Both the position numbers and the translations under genes were made by a program. Shown one piece after another: positions 35,536-48,187 of a stretch of 64,000 nucleotides of DNA (positions are counted from its first letter, which is position 1; each line of letters begins with the position of its first letter). The notes beneath the pieces were generated by a model that was given only the letters and a program-made list of their open reading frames with translations, searched no databases and was not told the DNA's origin. The stretch lies in assembly GCA_965113315.1 (NCBI GenBank), contig OZ220367.1; one strand, written 5' to 3'. The stretch is from Podarcis vaucheri. Its lineage: Eukaryota.

Positions 35536-35789
35536 GTAAGTGTTGTGGGCAGAATAAAGACTGTTTCCTCATACGTACAAGTTATAGTAAGGTTAGAGGT
35601 TTCAAATATTTTCACTGTCCGTTCTTGTTTCTCAGTTCCCTTGTTCCACCCTTTTTCAGTTCATATACTATTATGGTCAGGTGAAATGACTTTCTGAATT
35701 GAGGATTGGTTAAAAGCTTTTAATATATTTCTTAGAATTTGGCTATACCTTGTCTGTGGCCTCTGAGGAGACACAAACATGGTTTCTGT

Positions 35790-36725
35790 ACCTGCAGAAA
35801 ATTTCATTCAGGAAACCTACTGTCTCCCAATGTACCTTTTTAGTGGCAATTACATTGGTGAGGAGTGTGATGACGAGTGTGAGTTATAAGTGTGCTCCAA
35901 GTGTTGAGCTCCCATATTTGACTCCCATACACCAGATCAGAGTTGTACTGAAACCAGATATTTGTTCTTTCCCAAGGTTGCCTCTTCGTTCCACCACAAT
36001 GAGGCCATTGTCTTCCGTAACCTAGCTTCAGAGTTTTGAATGTTTATTTTTCCAGAACCAAAAGCTTCTTGAGTAGTCTGGATCTGTTTATTTGTTATGA
36101 GGGTGCCAGACCCAACATTTCACCCACTAGTATCTTCAATGGTTCACCCGTGCCTATGCTTACAGACCTCCAAAGTTCCCTACTCCAAAGTGAAGCCAGA
36201 GCTGTAGTGACTTCCATGGTATTCCTCCAAGGTCCACTGCTGGACCTCCACCATGCTGCTACTTGGCTACAACCTTTGGTTTTCATCTGTAATCTGCTTG
36301 ATTACAAGGCAAATGGAACTGAGCAATGTCTTTTGGAAGGGCTGCACTTGCGTCCTTGACCTCATCGTATCTTTCCTGCCTCTAGTAAGCTAGCTTGCTT
36401 TACTACCCGTATGTGTGCAATAGCACAGAGACCACAAAGAACGGGTTGCTTACTTGTAACCTGAGACTTTCCAATAGTCATCTGTGCAGACACACAACCC
36501 ACTCTCTTTCCCCACGGTAGATGTAAGTATGGTTGTTATCTCCTGCATAGGGCTGTGGTTTTTGAACTGATCAAGAATGCAGGAGCTCTGTCCCTGAATG
36601 CGTGAGCATGGGAGGTGGGGGCAGGGCACTTGCCAAATCTCTAGACTAGCTTACATGTCTGCACATGTGTGTCTGCACAAATAACAACTCAGAGAACTAC
36701 AGGTACAGCTAAACAACCTGTTCTT
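35790..36725 (+). mobile_element. Decayed DIRS1-like tyrosine-recombinase retrotransposon (YR remnant plus ICR/right terminal repeat)
   Basis: Frameshifted peptides FLVAIT, PYL..H...VVLKPD, YFSRTKSF...LFICYEG and RAVVTSMVFLQG...AATW resemble vertebrate DIRS1 YR motifs. They are followed by an imperfect inverted repeat, 36437-36496 / 36666-36725. Confidence 0.7.
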
Positions 36726-37794
36726 CTTGCATAGCATAAGGGGATCTGATTTGGTCAAATCGTTGGTCACATTAGAATTGTTGCTTTTTATTGCCCTCTA
36801 GTGTTTGTTTTTTATATAGTTTCTATATCCAAGTATTACGTTCATGTAGTTGATAAATCTAGTAGATATAATTTTTAAAATGGAAAACCCATCAAATAAT
36901 TTTGAAGGCATATGTTTTGATTGGTCATAAATGTCCTATTAAATGTTATTAATACTGAATTGAAAGATTTCTTACTTTTTTATTACTGACCCGACGGGGC
37001 CGTTTTACCTTTAGCTGCCTTGAATCTCCAGGCATTCAAAGGCTGAAATCTCAAGTACAGCTAATGGGAAACAAAGTCTATTGAAATCAGTGATACTGTT
37101 TATGTGTGGATAGGATGAGAATGAAAAAAGAAAAAGAAAGAAAGTGGGAAAAGTTCTGTAGCACCAAATTTTAATGATATCTATTTGGTGAAACAGACTT
37201 GGATCTTGGCACATATGTTGAGGGAGATTAATCTAGACTTCATTACTTAATTTTGTGCTTGAGAGTAATTGAAGAGCCGTATTTCAGTTGGCTTCTCTTA
37301 AAAACAGTTCAAATTATGAGATGCAGTCAGAGAAGCTTTCAGATTTTGAAAACATTGAATTGTTGTTTGCTTAATTACTAGGCCTTGAATAAGAATTGGT
37401 TTAAGTGCTGATTTTTGCAGGCAATAGAGGATTGATTTTCCATGGGTATGTACAATATTTTCAGTGTCACATGATAGGCATGACTAATGTATAGGAGGAG
37501 TCTTAAAGGTTTTTTCATAATTATCATTAATCTTAGAATGTAGTCTTCAGGAATAGCTCATCTCCCTGGAGTACCTCCCTGGAGTACCTACCATGACTTT
37601 GCCACACCATTAAGTAAACCCAACCCTGTTTTATCTGTTCTGAAGTCCCTTGTTTCCTTTGAGTGCAGTATCATGAGTGCCATGTGTCCATTATACTGGA
37701 AGGAAGAATACAAGACAATAATCTAATAGATATAAATAGGTTGGTTGAATGCAGAACAGTACACGGAGAACTGAAGTCAATTCATCTGTTCCAG

Positions 37795-37897
37795 AACTAA
37801 TGGACACTGCTTTGCCATAATCGAAGAAGAAGAAAATGGCGAAATTACACTTGCTTCAGGCTGCATGAAGTATGAAGGCTCAGACTTCCAGTGCAAG
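37795..37897 (+). CDS. BMPR1A: BMPR1A coding exon 3 ([34 protein letters not shown])
   Basis: ccag|...|gtattc, 103 nt. Confidence 0.97.
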
Positions 37898-38189
37898 GTA
37901 TTCCAACTGTCTTCTGTTGCATGTGAACCCAGGCAGCTCCTCACACTTAATTCCAACATTTGCTGTTCATGCAAGTAATTTGCTCCAAAAGCCTAAAATT
38001 GGGAGATTTATTTCTTTGCCAATTTTATTGTTTCGAACATTAATACTTTGTCTTAAAATCTTTACAGCAATCTACTTAGCAAAAATCTACATAGCTTTAA
38101 TCTTTCCCTTTGTTGTAACTTATGTAGCTATAGAGGGTTGTTCAGAGAATACTTGTGACAAAATAGGCATCATTTCTTTTTCTCTACAG

Positions 38190-38289
38190 GACTCTCCAAA
38201 AGCACAACCACGACGGACAATTGAATGCTGTCGGACAGATTTCTGCAATCGAGATTTGCAGCCCACATTACCTCCTCCCATAAGTCCAG
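38190..38289 (+). CDS. BMPR1A: BMPR1A coding exon 4 (DSPKAQPRRTIECCRTDFCNRDLQPTLPPPISP)
   Basis: ctacag|...|gtatgg, 100 nt, CCxxxxCN cysteine box. Confidence 0.97.
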
Positions 38290-39359
38290 GTATGGTGCTT
38301 CCTAGTATTTCCAGAGTAGGGTTTGAAGGTATGTGAGACCACCACCTGCTGAAGATGATCAGGCTGGATCTGGTTAGTGCCTGGATGAGTGTCCACCTGG
38401 GAAATACATGCATGTCACACAACCTTGGGTTCTGCAGCAGAAAAAAATGTGGACCATAAATGGAAGAAAATGAATAAATATTCCACAGGCAGGATCCTTA
38501 GGGATGTGAACCAGGTTTTTGCATGGGCACTAGGATTTCTGTCACAAACCCTTCCCACTAGTCCCCTTGACTGCAGCAGCTAAACCCAAAGCAGCATACA
38601 GCATCAAAAAGTTGGTTTATTTCAGCATAAACATAATGGGAGATAAAAAGTCTGGGGAAATAGAACTATCTTTGCTTGGCACCAAAAAGATGTTGGAATA
38701 GATACTGGGTGAATTCCAAAGATGGTGTCACAGCCAATAAATCCCTCTCTCCAACTACCAGCTGCATAGCCTCAGGCAGACAGAAGACTAGTTATGAGGG
38801 AATGCTACCCTTGGGGTAAATTCTCCCTCCCACTCCTGATGTAGATATTAAAGGGGATGGCAGAAAGGAACCCTTTGGAGCCCCATAGTATAAATGCCAG
38901 TCACACTGCACCACCTTCTAGAATCAGCCCTCTGTCATTTTATGTACTATATTTATTACAACTAAATATACAAGTCATTTCATATGAGGATCTCAGTACA
39001 GGCCAAGTTGCCTTTTCTTCCTTTGGATGCGATAGAACCAAGTTAGCTGTGTTTGCTGTTCTGCCAATGCTGATACTTTGCATTGACTATCATATTTGTT
39101 CATCACCCCAACCAAGATTGAGGAGCTTGGAGACCTTAAAGTGATTATAGCATCTTGACAGGCAAACAGTGACATGTTGCCAGTCAAGAGATCACTACCG
39201 CTATTCTCATTAGGCTACCAAAAAAACTATCCAGCCCTCTCAAGGGGCTCCAGAGGATCATTAAAAATTTAGGATGCCGCTTGCTGTTTGGAAAGCATTT
39301 TTATGGATGCGCGTGAGGACCTGCCCCCAAGCTATCAGCATTGTTCGGGCTCATTTGTG

Positions 39360-39560
39360 AATGAGGATGTCCCTGGTTCAAATTTCAGCTCTGTCATGAA
39401 CTCACTAGGTGGCCTTAGGCAAGCAACTCACTCTTGGTATCTTCCCTCCCATCTGCAACATGGAAATTAATAGTACTAACTTGACTTACAAGTTTGTTGT
39501 AAGGATTTCAGATAATGCATGGGAAGTGCTTTGACCACTTGAAAGTGGTAATGTTAATTA
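39360..39560 (+). mobile_element. MIR-like SINE remnant
   Basis: ctggttcaaatttcagctctgtca...ggccttaggcaagcaact...catctgcaacatgg...gttgtaaggatt...aagtgctttg, a MIR core pattern. Confidence 0.55.
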
Positions 39561-40211
39561 TCGTGATTATTATCATCACAGTCATCAGTGTTGCTGCCTT
39601 CAGCAGTCTCCCCACCACTTTCCTGATTTTTCACCAGTCTCAACTTTGCTTTAATTCACACCCCCGAAAAGCGTGTATTTATTTCCTGGTGCAGTAATAA
39701 GAAAGTAGTAAGCATAACCTGTACCTTAACTCCCCCCCCCCCCGCCTTGCTTCTCTAACTTGTTTTTCAATAGTTATTGTGTTTCATCAGAGGAAGCTAA
39801 ACCAAGCTGGATTGTCAGAGGAGTGGTAGTGGAAAATGTCCTGTAAATCACGCACTGAAGTCTTACTGCATTTGATTAAAAAGAATGAGTGAATTCTTAA
39901 AAATAAAAATGGGGAGTTTTGTAATATAGAACCAGAATAGCACTTCGTATGACTTGATGTTCACAGAATTAACAAAATCTGACTCACGTTTCTAGCACAC
40001 GAGTACAGGAGCCCTATCCTTGGGGATCCCGCATGCCTACTGATTAAAAGGAGGCCTTCCACACAATTGCTGTATATGTAGCTATGTAAGAGTTGCAACG
40101 TGCAGTGTGGGGATGGATAGCTTTCCAATATTCCCTAAGTTTGTCTCATATTTCCGAGAGATAAATTTACCTTTCATTTTAATTATATTAATAGTTTGTT
40201 CCTTTATTTAG

Positions 40212-40311
40212 GTGGCATCTTTGATGGCAGCATACGTTGGATGGCTGCATTTATTTCTATGGCAGTCTGTATAATAGTTATGATCATCTTATTTAGCTGT
40301 TTCTGCTACAG
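40212..40311 (+). CDS. BMPR1A: BMPR1A coding exon 5 (transmembrane: [33 protein letters not shown])
   Basis: tttag|...|gtaaaa, 100 nt, hydrophobic helix. Confidence 0.97.
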
Positions 40312-40774
40312 GTAAAAATCTTGTTGGGTGATATCCTATTTTTCATGCATAGCGTATTGCAGATTTGTTGCTAACTAGTTAGATCACTAAGAATGTCTGG
40401 AGGTATTCTAGAATCAAACACAGTTTGATTTGCATCACTGTGAAAATAGTCATATGTATGGAAACCAATCTGACGTGAAACTTGACACAGACAGCTCACT
40501 ATTGTGTGCACTCTACATATACTGGAATATAGGGGTGTGTTTCAAGCATATGGCCTTGTCCCCACCCTGCATCTAGCACCCTCTAGGTACTTTTGGACTA
40601 CAGCTCCCATCAGCCCTTGCTAACATAGTTAATGATTCGAAACATCTGGATGTCACCAAGATGGGGAAGACTGATTTAGAGCACTGCATGTGATCTGGGG
40701 TATACCCTTTTCTATGGCAGTCAGTCTATTTATGGTTGTGTTTGCATACACACCATATCACATACATACATACC

Positions 40775-40845
40775 AGGGGATTGGACTAGATGATCCTTGG
40801 TGTCTCTTCCAACTCTACAGTTCTAAGATTCTTTGATTCTATGAT
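40775..40845 (+). mobile_element. CR1 LINE 3' end fragment
   Basis: ggattggactagatgatccttgg...cttccaactct...gattctatga 8-mer-type tail. Confidence 0.7.
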
Positions 40846-41804
40846 CTGATGTTCCATATGCAAGGCGGGAGAATGGGGAAAGCAGAGGAGACTCGGTATT
40901 GTGCTCCATCCTGTGCATGCACCAGAGGACTCTGTGAACTGATCCTTAGACTACAATCCTATACACGCATAATTGAGATAAAGCCCCATTGGGACCTACT
41001 TTTTAGTAGACATATAGAGGATTGCCCTATCGGCCTAATACAGAGTAAAGATAGCAATCTGAGCAGTATGTGACACTGGCATTTTTAAACCCTATAATTA
41101 GGCAACTCTTAGCATGATACTATTTTTGTATCATATTTAGTGTCTTACCTCTGAAACTTGCCATTTGTAACTCATCTTGGTTTTGTTTTTTAGAGCAAAG
41201 TTGCAATCTGGCTCAGTCACTTGCTGCATCAGCACTTGAGAGCTTAGAATGGATTATAGCAGCAGCTATGCAACCCACCCACCCACCAGCCATGAAACGT
41301 TGCCTCAGTGCCAGCATTGCAGAAAGGCTACAGTGGCACCACAAGCTTATTCATTGTCACACATATTCAGGATTAGGGTGCCACCGTCCTAATTTAGCTA
41401 TGAATTGCTCAGTTTGATCTGAGTTTAACTCTGTACACAGTAAAATCAGAAGGGGACCTTGAACTTGTGCTCTTCTTCCCACTCTGCTTAGCATGCAGAG
41501 AACAAACTGGGAGATCCAACGATTTGATATGTGGGTTTAATATCCAGAGCCAATAATAATAAAGGAGACCACAAATTCAAATGACATTGGCCCCTCAGTT
41601 CAGGTATTCACTTCCGCGTGCTGTTTGCATTTGTCAGGCAAAATTGAAAACCAAGAAATGAAACTATATAGACAACATTTGTTCACTGATGCAAAAATTG
41701 ATTAAAAAACCCGGCAGTGCGAAATGTTTTTGGAATTATGGCACTGTATGCATAGTTACTTAAAATAACACCATGTTATATCAAGATGTGTTTTTCCCCC
41801 CCAG

Positions 41805-41949
41805 GCATTATTGCAAGTGGGTAGCAAAGAGAGGATGTTATAATCGTGACCTGGAGCAGGGTGAAGCCTTTATTCCGTCTGGCGAGTCACTTAAGGATCT
41901 TATTGACCAATCACAGAGCTCTGGCAGTGGTTCAGGACTTCCTCTGTTG
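41805..41949 (+). CDS. BMPR1A: BMPR1A coding exon 6 (GS domain: [18 protein letters not shown]...[12 protein letters not shown])
   Basis: ccag|...|gtaagc, 145 nt, [10 protein letters not shown] box. Confidence 0.97.
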
Positions 41950-43399
41950 GTAAGCCAGTGCTTCTTCAGCTGAGAGTTCTTTATTTTACAGCAGTCATGT
42001 AGTTAACAACTTGCCTGGAGTTTTTTGAAGCTGAGTGAGGAGGCTGGCAAGGTGGGATAGATTGCGCAGTCTTTCTTCTCTGGGCCTGCTGAATTTCTAT
42101 GCTGTCTTCAGAGGACGGTACTTCCCCTCCTCCATGCTTGCCTGGCACTACTAGTCTCCAAGCATGCTAGTTTGTTTTTTTTTTAAAAAAGACACACAAC
42201 TTATTGGGAAGGCAGTTTTATTTGGGGGGTGTGTGTGTGGAAATTTAAATACACAATTTGTTTGTTTAGAAATAAATCTGAAGAACCTATAAGGGAGAGG
42301 TGGACCCTGACCCCAGATCTTTCAGTCCCCTAGGTTGAAGCCACATTAGGTGGAAGATGGACTCCCTGGGTTGGGAGAAAGGAGCCTGCACTATCTCCTC
42401 AGTCCCTGCTGGGCAAGTCTTCAGCTAGTCTGTCCTGCTTTCTGCTTAATCCCACAGTGTAGTTCCCCAAACGGGGAAGGTTTCTGGGAAACTGATTCAC
42501 CAGTCAAAGTAGATCGTCAAACCATTTGGGATATGCAGAGAAAGTATTCAAGAGAGACAGGTTTATAAAGTTAAATAATAGTTTCTGCTAGTTTTTCCTG
42601 TACATTTGGAAAATTCAGGTAGGTCTTAAACTACAAGCATGTGCAAAACATCATGGGAGGTCAATGCCTCCTTTCAGGAAGGAGCAGCTGACATCTTTAT
42701 ACAGAGAAGGGCTTTTTTTTCCGGTTTGGGGAAAAGGGGAGCAGAGGTGGAAATAGCTTGTCCAGTCAGCTCCCGGAAGGCAGAGATTTCAGCCCCTGAT
42801 TATGGGGAATCGGTGAAAGAAGTTTGTCACAGTCAGATGGGTAGTCTTGGGGACTGCCTCAGCAATGGTCCTTAAATAAGTAGGGCAAAGTACTCAGGGT
42901 GTGGGAAGCACATATGACACTGACTGGAACAATTATAGATGGAAACGAGGTGAGTGTGGATGTCTCCTGTCCCTCACTCATCCTAATCAGGGTTCCTGGA
43001 GCCAAGTTATTAGAATACAGGTTCTGGCCAAGTGGGTAAACCAGTTCTTTATGGGGTAAAAAAAAACAAACAAACAAAAAATCTCACACAGTTTGATCTT
43101 AGGTTAAAAGATAAACATCAGATTGTTGAAGACATGTTTATGTCGGAACAGGGTTTTTCTGCACACCGAGTCTTCTCATAGTTCCAGTGAAATTCATTTC
43201 ATGTTGTGTTGACCCAAGACCAAATATTTCAAATATGTGGATTGGTTCCATAAGCAACAATAAGAAAGAATTCATTTCTTGATCTGGTTATGATTTAGCT
43301 TGTTAAATTAGTGGCAGATTTTTGTTTAACTTGACAGCTCCTTTTTAATGAATTGTTTGAGTATCCACTATTTTCTGTGAAAAAGCAATGTCCGAATAA

Positions 43400-43663
<264 letters not shown>

Positions 43664-44249
43664 TGAAAACTGTTTTTGGATCAAGATGTAGTGTCATTCT
43701 GAGAAGAAAGACAAAACCTGCTAAAATCTGTTAATAATGTAGTTCATCTGCAAAGTAGAAATCCTGTTAAATTGAAAGGGATGACGATGGGTGTTTTCAG
43801 GGTTGTTTTTTATGGAAACTGAACTCTGTAGTACTTTCCAGTCACTCCCACGGCAAAACTCCATTTATCCTCAGCAGAACTACTGCTAAGTTAGGAATCT
43901 GAGATTTGTAGTATGTGTAATTTATTTATTTTTCAAATGTATACCCTACTTTCCTGACTAACCTGGAGCCCTAGTAATTGAAAACATAAAGCAACAGAAC
44001 AAATGCTAAAAGCGTTATCAAACAATAAAAACAAATCAACAGCAGATTATGAAATTGCCTCTTCAAAGTCAGACTGTACTAAAAAAAAACACCTGGCAGA
44101 TTGAGAGGTCTTAATTCTCTTCCTAAAAGACCACAAGTCTTTTAGGCTTGTGTTTTGTTGCCAGGGAGTTAGATGTTTAAATGGGTTGGAATGGTGGAAG
44201 AAACGTCACAGAAACGTCTGCTCAATATTCATCCCTGGCACAGTGTTAA

Positions 44250-44600
<351 letters not shown>

Positions 44601-45403
44601 TAGGTAATCCAATCCTATCCTTTGTAAACTCGTGGAGGTCTCTGTGCAAAAATCTGAAAAGTGTGATGGATTCATTTGGCTGGTTCACAACTGCAGAATC
44701 TTTGTGCATAACAGGAATGTTCCCGAAAGAATAAATATTTTCTTTGCAAAAGTGGACTTGGGAAAGAATAATTGAGACAAGGTATAGCCACAAAATGTTC
44801 TTGGACTAGAGATCTCGGAATGTCACGCACACAAAAATAAATTACCCTTCTTTCAAAGAAGAGGGAGACAAATGTTGTTACTGTTCAGCATTCTATTCTT
44901 CCGTGGCAGTTTCAGACACTTCACTCCCTTTAATGCTCAGTTTGAAACAAATTGAACTGATAGCTATAAATTGCATCCAATATGCATTCATCTACAAATA
45001 GTTTACTTCATAAAAATTCTCCATGCAGGCTGTTTAAAAGACTCCTTACTCCTGTGATCTTCACATTAGCAGGCAGGTTGGTTATGCTAGTCTTTATTTA
45101 GCAGATTTATAACCTACTACTTAAGATATTTTCTGAACAAGACAGCTTGCAAGGTACACATCCAAAAATAACCAATAAAATATAATGCAATAAATGATTT
45201 AAAATATCTTCCTAGTAATACTGTTCAGAGCCATCACAAAAACAACAAATAACCCAGTGTAACTCAAGGGTACAAAAAAAAGACCATATCACCATTTCTA
45301 TGGCTCATCTTACAATTAGCCACTGAAGATCATGGCAAAGAGGTGGGTCTTAAAGGCCCATTTGAAAGTATTGGTGGATGGGATTTGCTGCTATCACGTA
45401 GTA

Positions 45404-45622
45404 CAGTGGTACCTCTGGTTGTGAACGGGATCCGTTCCAGAGCTCTGATCAGATCCCGAGGAATTCGCAATCAGAGGTGCCGCTTCTGCGCATGTGCACG
45501 GCGTGGTTTAGCACTTCTGCGCATGCGCGTGCAGCGAAACCCAGAAAAATACTTCCGGGTTTGCCACGTATGTATCCCGAAGGATACGTAACTGGAGGTG
45601 AACGTAAGTAGAGGTACCACTG
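45404..45622. mobile_element. Tc1/mariner-type MITE
   Basis: ta|cagtggtacctct ... agaggtaccactg. Related to 61531-61777. Confidence 0.85.
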
Positions 45623-46141
45623 TTTTGAGTTCCGCAACTGCGGGGCCACCACCAAAAAGCATCTATTCTGTGTGTCAGTCATCTATCTGGTAGCCATTGG
45701 CAGCCAGGAAGTGAGTGCATGGAATTCCACCCAGGTTTGGGGCTGTTGAAGCAGCAACACAGCACTCTTCTCACCAGCCAAGTCAGCTTCTATGCTGCCT
45801 GCAGAGTACGTGGCATCCCTTCCTCTGTGGACACTACGGAAGCCAAACTGGCTGGCAAAGCACTTTTCTGCAACTGCCACCTGCTTCCTTTGCTAGGAAT
45901 GCTTGTGGGCCTCATGGACCCTTCTAGCTGGCACCTTTTTTTTTATTAGTCTGCTTATTGCTCATAAAACGAACATTTTTGCAAGCTGATATTTTCTAGG
46001 GGCTTAGTACCAAGGCTGTGTTACACTGTTTAAAAAAAACACTAGTTTAACAACTGAAGGAAAAAGCTTCATTACTGTAGCTGCTACTTCTTGTTGCATG
46101 CTAGTTTTACATGATTTCAACCATACAACATTTTATGTTAA

Positions 46142-46336
<195 letters not shown>

Positions 46337-47262
46337 TAGTCTTAAAATATGATAATGCGTATGTCCTAAGTCAGGAGTGGGGAACCTTTTTTTGCTTCAT
46401 GGGCCAAATCCTTACCAGGATCTGCATCATGGGCCAATTTTAATAGTTGTCAAAATCCCTTACACTTAAATCGCAGGGACTTAAGAGGGAAAGCAAGAGA
46501 AGATTCACAAAGCCTTTTCCAGGTCTCTTTGTTCTTCCCTTTTAAGTCTCTGAGATCGGAGGGGGACTTGTAAAAGGCTGTAAGAAATCCCTGTGCCTCC
46601 TTTTGAGTGAATAGCAGCTCTGGAGCTGTCTTAAAGCCTCTAGACCCCAACTCTTCCTTTTCTCCATGAATCCCCTAGCACTCCCCACCCCCTGTCTTAA
46701 CAATCAAGGGATGTGCCAGGCAATCCCCTGACTGCTAAGTGTATGTGCTGCACACACAATCTCTCTTGCCAGCAACATGGCCTCCAGAAATTGAAATCGG
46801 TGACTCTGATTATTTATAAAGTTAGTGTTGCTCTGTACATTAAATACTGCTACTCCCAGCATTCCCTTTTTCTACCAACCCAACTTGTGTGGGGCTTGGA
46901 GGGTAGCATGGGTAATGGGGAAGGCAATATGGTTTTGTGACAAAGCAACCTGTCTCTCTATTTTGCCCATTCTGTCAAGTGTAGCATCTGTTGAGATCAG
47001 CATGAATGTTCTCTTTTAGTTTCTCCTTTCTTTGCTGTTCCCTATTCCCTTGAATGTGCAGGTGTCTCAGCCTCTGTGTATGCCCCCCACCCGAACTGCT
47101 TGCAAGTAGGGGGGAATATTTCCTTTTGAAATGCAAAAATAAGAGCCTCTCTTAAGTCTGGTAATGGCCTAAAATCAGAAGCAGGTTTGGTATATTAGTC
47201 TTGTCTGCAGCACATGGGATAATTTTGAATTGCATACTTAAATTTATATCATTTATTTGCAG

Positions 47263-47393
47263 GTATTGTTGAAGAGTACCAACTACCCTATTATGACATG
47301 GTGCCAAATGATCCTTCATACGAGGACATGAGAGAGGTCATATGTGTTAAGCACCTGCGCCCTATAGTATCTAATAGATGGAATAGTGATGAG
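47263..47393 (+). CDS. BMPR1A: BMPR1A coding exon 10 ([43 protein letters not shown])
   Basis: tgcag|...|gtaagc, 131 nt. Confidence 0.98.
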
Positions 47394-48019
47394 GTAAGCA
47401 TGCTGAAAGAAGGAGAATCTAGTTGACAATTCTTTTTGCCCCACTTACGGAAATAAATTTTAGATTTGAAGGGAAACATTAACTTAGAAGTTTTCATTGT
47501 TTGCTGATTGGAATTCTCCCCCCCCCCCCAAGTCTTCACACTTTTACCAGTAAAACCTTTTACTATTAGTTATCATAATGCATGAACACTACCAACATTT
47601 TATTCTTCTCTTATTAGAAAAGGTTTACTTATCTGCTGTGCACATTAACAATAATTAACTCCAAACAGCAACAGTATTTCACTTGTATTTGATATTAGGC
47701 AGACATCTTCACTATATTGTTTTTGGTGCCTGCAGAAAACTTTTTTGTTTCGGCACACCTTCCCAGAAATGTAAATTTGACATGTTTTTAAAAACATAAC
47801 TGTATTTGATTATGTATCTTTTTTAAATTGATGGTTTTAGTTATCTTTTGCATTTTTAAAGTCATTGTTTTTAACATTTGACTTTATTTCTTTTGCAGTT
47901 CGCTTGTTGGTTCATTTTTGTAAACCGCTTAAAAGCTTTGATTTAATTATAAAAGCCTATAAGTGGTTTAGAAAAATGAACCAACAGTTGTTAGTATAGC
48001 AGTGTACAAATCCTGTTAA

Positions 48020-48187
<168 letters not shown>

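Noticed and set aside
37562-37587. Perfect 13-bp tandem duplication ctccctggagtac x2
   Set aside because: A single local duplication in an intron, possibly slippage or an empty-site scar. Nothing supports a function.
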